Positions 9,827 to 17,104 of a stretch of DNA of 64,000 nucleotides are shown piece by piece. The notes beneath the pieces were generated by a model that worked only from the letters and a program-made list of their open reading frames with translations, searched no databases and was not told the DNA's origin. Source of the DNA: Candidatus Eiseniibacteriota bacterium (lineage in GTDB: Bacteria > Eisenbacteria > RBG-16-71-46 > SZUA-252); contig DASVDZ010000031.1 of assembly GCA_036380835.1 (NCBI GenBank), positions 14,574 to 78,573 of the forward strand. The letters run 5' to 3'. Made by a program: the position numbers and the translations under genes. How positions within the stretch are numbered: the first letter of the stretch is position 1; every line of letters starts with the position of its first letter.

Positions 9827-10875
9827 ACCAGAACGTCCCGCCCGAGCCGGCACGGAACCGGATCGGCCTCACCGCGGCCGACTACAAGGGATCCAAGTCG
9901 ACGCTCTGCCCGGGGTGCGGCCACGACGCCATCACGGGCAGCATCATCCAGGCCGCGTTCGAGCTGGGCCTCGAGCCGCACCGCGTGGCGAAGCTCTCCG
10001 GAATCGGCTGCTCCAGCAAGACGCCGGCCTACTTTCTCGGCCGCTCGCACGCGTTCAACGCCGTGCACGGACGGATGCCGTCGATCGCGACGGGCGTCTT
10101 CATCGCGAATCGAGACCTCACGCTGCTCGGCGTCTCGGGCGACGGCGACACCGCCTCGATCGGGCTGGGCCAGTTCTGCCACCTGGTCCGCCGCAACGTC
10201 CCGGTCGTCTACATCATCGAGAACAACGGCGTCTACGGGCTCACCAAGGGGCAGTTCTCGGCCACCGCGGACCTCGGCTCGCGCGGCAAGTCCGGCCGCG
10301 TGAACGAGCTCATGCCGATCGATCTCTGCGCCATCGCCGTGCAACTCGGCTGCGGCTTCGTGGCGCGCTCCTTCTCGGGGGATCCGAAGCAGCTCCGTCC
10401 GATCCTCAAGGCGGCGCTGAGCCATCGCGGCACCGCGGTCGTGGACGTCCTCTCGCCGTGCGTGACGTTCAACAGCCATGAAGGTTCGACCAAGTCCTAC
10501 GCGGCCGTGAAGGAGCACGACGCCCCGCTCCACGAGATCTCGTTCATCCCCCACTTCGAGAACATCGAGGTGGACTACGAGCCGGGCGAGACGCGCGAGG
10601 TGAGGCTCCACGACGGATCGAAGATCGCCCTCCGGAAGCTCGACGCCGACTACGATCCGGGCGACGCCTTCCGGGCGCTGACCACGCTCCACCAGTCGCG
10701 GGAAGAGGGGAAGTTCGTGACCGGGCTCCTCTACGTGGACCCGCGGAAGCCGGCGTTCGACGAGGAGGCGGCGATGGTGGACGAGCCGCTGGCGTCGCTC
10801 CCGCTCGAGCGCGTGCGGCCGCCGAAGAGCGCGCTGGACGAGGTGATGGCGGGGTTCAAGTCGGGCCGGATGTAG
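9823..10875 (+). CDS. korB: 2-oxoacid:ferredoxin oxidoreductase beta subunit (TPP-binding, KorB-type)
   Basis: Motifs: CPGCGHDAITGSIIQA and GDGDTASIGLGQFCHLVRRNVPVVYIIENNGVYGLTKGQ (TPP motif GDG...NN). Confidence 0.9.
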   Translation: MNQNVPPEPARNRIGLTAADYKGSKSTLCPGCGHDAITGSIIQAAFELGLEPHRVAKLSGIGCSSKTPAYFLGRSHAFNAVHGRMPSIATGVFIANRDLTLLGVSGDGDTASIGLGQFCHLVRRNVPVVYIIENNGVYGLTKGQFSATADLGSRGKSGRVNELMPIDLCAIAVQLGCGFVARSFSGDPKQLRPILKAALSHRGTAVVDVLSPCVTFNSHEGSTKSYAAVKEHDAPLHEISFIPHFENIEVDYEPGETREVRLHDGSKIALRKLDADYDPGDAFRALTTLHQSREEGKFVTGLLYVDPRKPAFDEEAAMVDEPLASLPLERVRPPKSALDEVMAGFKSGRM

Positions 10876-10891
10876 GCGCGGGGCCGCGCGA

Positions 10892-11593
10892 CTACTCCTC
10901 GGTGTCGTCGTCTCCGGTGTCGTCGTCTCCGCGCGTCTTCCGGTAGTAGACCTTGAACCGCTTCCGGATCCGCTCGTGCCGCCAGCGGGAATACCACGAT
11001 CGGAGCCCGTATCCGAGGCGCCCGCCTCCGGAGAAGCCGCTCAGGTAGAGCCACCCGAAGAGCATTCCCCCCAGGTGCGCGACGTGCGCGACGCCGTCCC
11101 CCGTCGCCGAGAGGCTCGACCAGAACGCGATGATTCCGAGAATGAGGACGAAGTACTTCGCCTTGATCGGGAGGATGAAGTAGAGAAGGATCTCGCGGTC
11201 CGGGAAGAGGAGCCCGTACGCGGCGAGGATTCCGTAGATCGCCCCGGACGCGCCGATCGTCGCGACGTACGAGTTCCACGAGACGACCGTCGTGCAGAGC
11301 GCCGCCCCGATTCCCGTCACGAAGTAATAGCGCAGGAAACGCGGCGTCCCCCACAGGGACTCGAGCTCGTTCCCGAACATCCAGAGCGCGAGCATGTTGA
11401 AGCCGATGTGGAAGAGCCCGCCGTGGAGGAACATGTACGTGACGAGCTGCCAGAGGAAGAGATGATGGGTCACGTCGAACGGCACGAGGCCGAAGAGCCG
11501 GTCGAGCCGCACCTGCGCGAGGGTGCCCGCCAGGAGCTGGAAGAGCCAGACCGCGACGTTCGTGATCAGGAGCGTCCGAACCGCCGGCGTCAT
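10892..11593 (-). CDS. rhomboid family intramembrane serine protease
   Basis: The protein has six TM segments and the catalytic dyad motifs GASGAIYG (Ser) and AHLGG (His). The C-terminal acidic tail is DDDTGDDDTEE. The ATG at 11593 is used as start; an in-frame GTG lies further upstream. Confidence 0.8.
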   Translation of the reverse strand: MTPAVRTLLITNVAVWLFQLLAGTLAQVRLDRLFGLVPFDVTHHLFLWQLVTYMFLHGGLFHIGFNMLALWMFGNELESLWGTPRFLRYYFVTGIGAALCTTVVSWNSYVATIGASGAIYGILAAYGLLFPDREILLYFILPIKAKYFVLILGIIAFWSSLSATGDGVAHVAHLGGMLFGWLYLSGFSGGGRLGYGLRSWYSRWRHERIRKRFKVYYRKTRGDDDTGDDDTEE

Positions 11594-11640
11594 CTGCCCG
11601 CCGAACGAGTAGCCCCCCGGCGTGTCGAAGTGGCGCGGGC

Positions 11641-12942
11641 TCACGCGCGCGGCCCCCGCGCGGCCACGAACCCGCCGCCCCGATAGAGCGCCCGCTCCTC
11701 GCGGGTGTCGTCGAACGCCTGGCGGATGCGCGAGTCGAGCGGCACGGTCAGCTCCACCTGCCGCCGCTCCATGGCCCGCGCCGCGGTTTCGAGCATGGCG
11801 TCGACCCGGTGCTCCTCGAGCGCGCCCGGCTCCCCCCAGACGAACGACGGCGCGTACGCCGGCTGGAGCGCGGTGCCGTAGAGGTTGCAGCCGATCCCCA
11901 CCACCGCGCCGGTCGGAAAGGTGGCGTTGATTCCCGTCTTGGTGAAATCGCCGATGGTGAGGCCGAGCAGCCGCTGCCCCGAGTCCTCGCCGTTTCGCTC
12001 CGTCCAGTCGCGCGCCGACCGGAAGAAGCGGACGTTCGAGTAGTTGTTCTTGAGGTCGCTCGTGATCGTGCCGGCGCCGAGGTTCACCCACTCGCCGACG
12101 AACGAATGCCCGACGAATCCGTCGTGCTGTTTGTTCGCGTAACCCTGGAAGACCGACGCCTCGACCTCCCCGCCGATCTTGCAGACCGGACCGATCGACG
12201 TGCCGCCCCGGATCTGCGCCCCGGCCTTGACGAGGGAGCGCTCGCCGATCACGGCCGGGCCCTCGACGTACGCCAAAGGCTCGATCACCGCGTTCTCCCG
12301 GATCAGGATCGGGCCCGCCTCGGCGTTCAGGACCGCCCCCGGCATCACCCGTCCTCCGCGCGCGACGTGCACCGCGTCCGGGTTCAGCACGCGCGCGCCG
12401 TCCTCGATCGTCCCCCGGACGGTGCCGGGCTGAAACGCGTAGCGAAAGTCCTGGACGATCTGCCGGGGGCTCCAGCGGATGAGATCGGCCGCGGAGCGCG
12501 CGAGGAACGCGTTCACCTCCGCGGGAAACCGGATCTCCTCGAACGCGCGATCGGGGGATCCCTCCCTTAGCCACCGCGCCGCGTGCGCCACGCGGCCCGC
12601 CGAGACCTTCGCGGCGAAGAGAACGCCCCCCGCCATGTAGGAGGCCTCGCCGGGAGACGCGGCCAGGAAATGGAGCACCTCGTCGTCGGTCATGCAGAGG
12701 CGCGCGTTCACGAAGAGCGTCTCGGCCGCGGGAGGATCGCCGACCGCGGCGGTCGGATAGAGCGCGCGCGTCAGGTCCTCGAGCTCGGGCCGGACGGAGA
12801 GGACGAGCGGCGATTCCGGAAACGCCCGGACGAGCTTCTCGACGAGCGTGAAGACGCCGCAGCGGAGCGCGAAGACCGGGCGAAGGAGCGCGTGCGGACC
12901 GAACCGGCGGACGTCCGGATCCTCGTAGAGGCAGAGATTCAC
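11641..12942 (-). CDS. putative sugar nucleotidyltransferase with C-terminal hexapeptide-repeat (left-handed beta-helix) domain, GlmU-like architecture
   Basis: The N-terminus VNLCLYEDPDVRRFGPHALLRPVFALRCGVFTLVEKL matches the 'putative sugar nucleotidyl transferase' family start. The C-terminal half has hexapeptide repeats (IGERSLVKAGAQIRGGTSIGPVCKIGGEVEASVF...). A GTG start is chosen at 12942. Upstream codons of the 486-aa ORF have low GC3. Confidence 0.6.
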   Translation of the reverse strand: MNLCLYEDPDVRRFGPHALLRPVFALRCGVFTLVEKLVRAFPESPLVLSVRPELEDLTRALYPTAAVGDPPAAETLFVNARLCMTDDEVLHFLAASPGEASYMAGGVLFAAKVSAGRVAHAARWLREGSPDRAFEEIRFPAEVNAFLARSAADLIRWSPRQIVQDFRYAFQPGTVRGTIEDGARVLNPDAVHVARGGRVMPGAVLNAEAGPILIRENAVIEPLAYVEGPAVIGERSLVKAGAQIRGGTSIGPVCKIGGEVEASVFQGYANKQHDGFVGHSFVGEWVNLGAGTITSDLKNNYSNVRFFRSARDWTERNGEDSGQRLLGLTIGDFTKTGINATFPTGAVVGIGCNLYGTALQPAYAPSFVWGEPGALEEHRVDAMLETAARAMERRQVELTVPLDSRIRQAFDDTREERALYRGGGFVAARGPRA

Positions 12943-13020
12943 CCAGGCAGAGTAGGCAGCCTCCGCGGCCGCGTCAAGGGAGGCCGCCGCGGCGCGCCGC
13001 CGCGATCGGCCCGAAAGGCG

Positions 13021-13049
13021 TTGGGATCGGAGGCCGCTGCCTCTACAAT
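13021..13049 (+). promoter_or_regulatory. sigma70-like promoter candidate TTGGGA-N17-TACAAT, positioned for a leaderless transcript of the 5'-nucleotidase gene
   Basis: The -35-like TTGGGA lies at 13021-13026. A 17-nt spacer follows. The -10 TACAAT lies at 13044-13049. The ATG is at 13058, about 9 nt after the -10, with no SD. Confidence 0.4.
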
Positions 13050-13057
13050 CCGACCGC

Positions 13058-14680
13058 ATGGGGGAAGTCAAACAGGATCGCGCGTCGAAGGCCGGCGGCA
13101 CGGGGGCGCCCGCGACGCGCGTGCCCCCCGCCCCGGCGGCCGCTCCGGACGCGGCCGTGCCGGCCGGCGCGGCGCCCGCGACGGGAGCCCACGGCGCGGG
13201 CGCGGCGGCCCCTTCCCGCGAACCCTCCGCCCGGGCGCTCCGCTACCGCGAGCACCGGATCCCGCGACGGCACCGCGTCTTCGTGAACCGGAACCTCCGC
13301 ATGACGCAGATCCGCGCAATCGGCTTCGACCTCGACCACACGCTCGCCCACTACGACCCCAAGACCGTCGAAGCGCTCGCCTTCGACCTCACCAAACGGA
13401 AGCTCGTCGCGAACAAGGGATATCCCCGCGAGATCCTCGAGCTCGAATACGACCCCACGTTCGTGATCCGCGGCCTGGTCGTCGACAAGAAGCGCGGAAA
13501 CCTGCTCAAGATGGACTATTTCAACTTCGTGACGCGCGCCTCGCACGGCCTCTCGCCCCTGCGCTCGGACGAGCGGAAGCGGGCGTACCGCTCCTCGCGG
13601 ATCCGCCTGGGGCACGAGAACTACGTCTCGGTCGACACGCTCTTCCACCTCCCCGAGGTCTACCTCTACCTCTGCCTCGTCGATCTCCTCGACCGGCGGC
13701 ACGGCGGCAAGGGCGTCGACTACGAGAAGCTCTACGGCGACGTGCGCGAGATGATCGACGAGGCGCACCGGGACGGCAGCCTCAAGTCGGTCATCACGGG
13801 CGACCTCGAGCGCTACATCCGGTTCGACCCCGAGCTGAGGACGGTGCTCGAGGAGTTCCGGCGAAACGGGAAGAAGCTCTTCCTCCTCACGAACAGCGAG
13901 TGGACCTACACCGACACGCTGCTCCGATTCATCCTGCAGCGGGGAAAGGACGCTCCGGGGCACTGGTCCGATCTCTTCCACGTGGTGGTGGTCGAAGCGC
14001 GAAAGCCCGCCTTCTTCAACGACGACGATCCGGCGGAGGCGATTCCCGAGCTCCAGGGAAAGAAGCTCGGCGCGGTCACGGGCCGCCATGGCGGCGGCGT
14101 CTGGCTCGAGAAGGCCCTCGGCGCCGCCGGCGAGCACGTCCTCTACTTCGGAGATCACACGTACGGCGACATCCTGCAATCGAAGCGCGTGCTGGGGTGG
14201 CGGACGGCGATGCTCGTCCCGGAGCTGGACCGTGAGATCACGGTGACGTCGGAGCACGCGAAGGAGTTCGAGCGGCTGGGGCGCCTCTCCGCCGAGCGCC
14301 ATCAGGTGGAGATCGACAAGGCGGCGCTCGGACGGGAGCACCGGCGCCTCGCGCACGTTATCTCCGAGCAGAACGGCGCCGACCCGGCGCGGCGCGAGGA
14401 GATCGCCCGGCGGATCGAGGAGATCCTCGAGCAGATCACCGAGCTCGACCGGCGCGCGCCCGAGCTCCAGTCGGAGATCGACAGCCTCCGCGTCAAGATC
14501 GACCGGGCCTACAATTCGCGGTGGGGATCGCTCTTCCGCGAAGGAAACGAATCGAGCCGGTTCGGCCACCAGCTCAAGGATTTCGCCTGCATGTACATGA
14601 GCCGGGTCTCGAACTTCCTCCACTACCCGGGCGACTACTACTACCAATCCCCCGTCGGCTACATGCCGCACGACATCTAG
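13058..14680 (+). CDS. HAD-superfamily 5'-nucleotidase (cytosolic 5'-nucleotidase II-like, Pfam 5_nucleotid family)
   Basis: Motifs: HRVFVNRNLRMTQIRAIGFDLDHTLAHY (the DxDxT HAD motif in a cN-II context), LLTNSEWTYTD and YFGDHTYGDI. The N-terminal 60 aa are Ala/Pro-rich low complexity. Confidence 0.75.
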   Translation: MGEVKQDRASKAGGTGAPATRVPPAPAAAPDAAVPAGAAPATGAHGAGAAAPSREPSARALRYREHRIPRRHRVFVNRNLRMTQIRAIGFDLDHTLAHYDPKTVEALAFDLTKRKLVANKGYPREILELEYDPTFVIRGLVVDKKRGNLLKMDYFNFVTRASHGLSPLRSDERKRAYRSSRIRLGHENYVSVDTLFHLPEVYLYLCLVDLLDRRHGGKGVDYEKLYGDVREMIDEAHRDGSLKSVITGDLERYIRFDPELRTVLEEFRRNGKKLFLLTNSEWTYTDTLLRFILQRGKDAPGHWSDLFHVVVVEARKPAFFNDDDPAEAIPELQGKKLGAVTGRHGGGVWLEKALGAAGEHVLYFGDHTYGDILQSKRVLGWRTAMLVPELDREITVTSEHAKEFERLGRLSAERHQVEIDKAALGREHRRLAHVISEQNGADPARREEIARRIEEILEQITELDRRAPELQSEIDSLRVKIDRAYNSRWGSLFREGNESSRFGHQLKDFACMYMSRVSNFLHYPGDYYYQSPVGYMPHDI

Positions 14681-16056
14681 ACCGCTTCCGATCCCCTCGT
14701 CGAGCCGTCGCCGAGCGCGACGCCGATCCGCTCCGCCGCGTCCCGAATCTGCCCGTCCCCCATCGTGTAGGCGGGAAGCATGGAAGCGCACGTGCCGTCG
14801 AGCCCTCCGGGGATCGCGAGCACGCCGCGCCCGAGGAGGCGCGATGCGAGCGCGACGCCCGCGCCGGGCCGGCCCGGCGCCGCGACCGCCGCCATGAGGC
14901 CCGCGGCGCGCACCTCCCAGCCTGGCGTCGCCGCGGCCCGGAGCGTCTCCTCGAGGAGCGCGCCCTTGCGCTCCACTTCGGCGCGCGTCCCGGGCGCCGC
15001 GAGGCGTTCGATCGCCGCGAGCGCGCCCGCGCACGCGAGCGGATGCGCGTAGAACGTGCTCGCGTACGGCGCCTCGCCGGACGCCGGCGCGTGCTTCGCC
15101 CACGCCTCCATGATCGCCGGCTTGCCGAGGAGCGCCGCGATCGCGACGCCGCCGCCGAGCGCCTTCCCCGCCGTCAACAAGTCTGGCTCGGCCGTGGCGC
15201 CGCAACGCTCCCACGCCCAGAAGGGACCCGTCCTCCCCGCGCCGGTCATGATCTCGTCCAGGATCACGAGCATGCCGCGCGCGCGGGCGAGCGCGCTCAG
15301 CCGCGGAAGGAACGCGGGCGGCGGCACGATCACGCCGGCGCGGCCCTGGATCGGCTCGACGATCACGGCGCCCGGCGGGTCGGGACCGTCGCACTCCCGC
15401 TCGACTCGCCTCCACCCCTCCTCGAGGCATGCGAGGTCGCACGCGGAACAGCCACGGCGCGCGGCGCATCGCCGCGGATCGGGATACGGAATGTGCATCG
15501 CGCGGGCCGGCCCGGCCGGGAGGAGGAGCGGCGACGACGGCGGAAAGTGGGTCGCTTCGAGCGCGACCCCCGATTGCCCGTGGTATCCCCCCTCGAACGC
15601 GACGAACCGCCGGCGTCCCGTCGCGAGCGCGGCGGTCTGGAGCGCGAGCTCCACCGCCTCGGAGCCGGTCGAGGCGAGGAGCGCTTTGGAGAGCGGTCCG
15701 CCGAGTGAGGCAACCCTCCGGGCGAGCTTCTCCCGCGTCTCGTGCGGATGGAGATCGCCGAGCCCCTGGATCAGCTTCCCCGCCTGCGCGGCCACCGCGC
15801 GCCGCACCTCGGGCGCCGCGTGCCCGAGCGCCGCGACGCCGAATCCGCCCGTCAGGTCGACGTAGCGGTTTCCGTCGAGATCCTCGACGACCGAGCCCCG
15901 CGCGCGCTTCCAGACGATGGGCGACGCGTCGCTCCCCCAGATCGCCGCCCCCTCCGCGCGCCTTAGCCGTCGCGCCGCGGCGCGCGACCGGGGGCCCGGC
16001 GGCGGCACGACGATCGCGGGAAGCTCGTCGCCCCGAAGCGGCGCGCGCCGGATCAC
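14677..16056 (-). CDS. class III (omega) aminotransferase, PLP-dependent
   Basis: Motifs: ELPAIVVPPPGPRSRA and DGNRYVDLTGGFGVAALGH. DEIMTGAGRTGPFWAWE carries the DExxTG-GRTG motif. The Lys motif TAGKALGGGV is present. The GTG start at 16056 overlaps the stop of the upstream EamA gene (GTGA). Confidence 0.8.
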   Translation of the reverse strand: MIRRAPLRGDELPAIVVPPPGPRSRAAARRLRRAEGAAIWGSDASPIVWKRARGSVVEDLDGNRYVDLTGGFGVAALGHAAPEVRRAVAAQAGKLIQGLGDLHPHETREKLARRVASLGGPLSKALLASTGSEAVELALQTAALATGRRRFVAFEGGYHGQSGVALEATHFPPSSPLLLPAGPARAMHIPYPDPRRCAARRGCSACDLACLEEGWRRVERECDGPDPPGAVIVEPIQGRAGVIVPPPAFLPRLSALARARGMLVILDEIMTGAGRTGPFWAWERCGATAEPDLLTAGKALGGGVAIAALLGKPAIMEAWAKHAPASGEAPYASTFYAHPLACAGALAAIERLAAPGTRAEVERKGALLEETLRAAATPGWEVRAAGLMAAVAAPGRPGAGVALASRLLGRGVLAIPGGLDGTCASMLPAYTMGDGQIRDAAERIGVALGDGSTRGSEAV

Positions 16057-17057
16057 ACGCGCTCCACCGCCACGGCCGCCTCGGCCGGCACGGCGGCGCG
16101 GCGCGTCTCGACCCACGTGACGCCCGCCAGGATGAGCGCCGCGCCGGTCAGGAATCCCGGGGTGAAGCGCTCGCGGAAGACGAGCCACGAGAGGGCCGCC
16201 GTCAGGATCGGCTGGGTGTTCGACGTGACGGCGACCTTGGACGCGTCCATGTGGCGGAGCGCGTACATCCAGAGCGGATATCCGATGACCGACGTCCCGA
16301 TCGCCAGGTAGCCGATCGCGCCCCAGACCGCGGGCGGGACGGAGGGGAGGGGCGGCACCGCGCCGGGAATCGCCAGCGCCGGGAGCACCAGCACGGTCCC
16401 CGACACGATCGCCCACGTGGTCACGGTCATCGGATCGTAGCGGTGAAGGAGGCGCTTCGAGAGCACGGTGTAGAGCGCCCACGCGACGACCGCGACCAGG
16501 ATCAGGAGATCGCCTCCCAGGACCGACATCTCGTGGCGGAGGCCGCGTTCGAGCAGGATCACGGCGACCCCCGCGAAGGCGACCAGGATTCCCGCCAGCT
16601 TGGCGACGACGCCCCCCTCGCGGAGCAGGCCGCGCGCGAAGAGGAGCACGAGGAGCGGGGTGAGCGCGTAGAGGAGCGCCGCGTGGCTCGCCGTGGAGCG
16701 GGAGAGGCCGAAGAGGAAGAATCCCTGGTTGATCGGGATCACGAGGATTCCGAGGAGCGCGATCATCGGCCAATCGCGCCGCGCGATCGCCTGGGGCGCG
16801 CTCCGGAACCGCTGGTAGAGGAGGAGCGCCCCCGAAGCCGTGATGAATCGAAGGAGCGCGAGCGCCAGCGGGCTCACGACGAGCATCGCCCCCTTCGCGA
16901 CGATGTGCGTGCCGCTCGCGATCAACTGGTTCGTGACGAGCGCGGCGGCGAGGCGCTTCCGGGAGGCGATCGAGGGTTCCTTTCGAGGGGGTCGCTCGAG
17001 ACTCGAACCGGGCGAGTCTATCCGAGGCCGCAGGGTGCCGCAAGCGCCGCTGGCCAT
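16053..17057 (-). CDS. EamA/DMT-family transporter (10 TM)
   Basis: Duplicated EamA-type hydrophobic architecture. The first TM RLAAALVTNQLIASGTHIVAKG matches the EamA N-terminal consensus. The only in-frame ATG is at 17057. Confidence 0.78.
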   Translation of the reverse strand: MASGACGTLRPRIDSPGSSLERPPRKEPSIASRKRLAAALVTNQLIASGTHIVAKGAMLVVSPLALALLRFITASGALLLYQRFRSAPQAIARRDWPMIALLGILVIPINQGFFLFGLSRSTASHAALLYALTPLLVLLFARGLLREGGVVAKLAGILVAFAGVAVILLERGLRHEMSVLGGDLLILVAVVAWALYTVLSKRLLHRYDPMTVTTWAIVSGTVLVLPALAIPGAVPPLPSVPPAVWGAIGYLAIGTSVIGYPLWMYALRHMDASKVAVTSNTQPILTAALSWLVFRERFTPGFLTGAALILAGVTWVETRRAAVPAEAAVAVERV

Positions 17058-17104
17058 CCTCGGACCCGATGCGGTATCCTACGGGACTGGTACCCGACCG
17101 ACCA

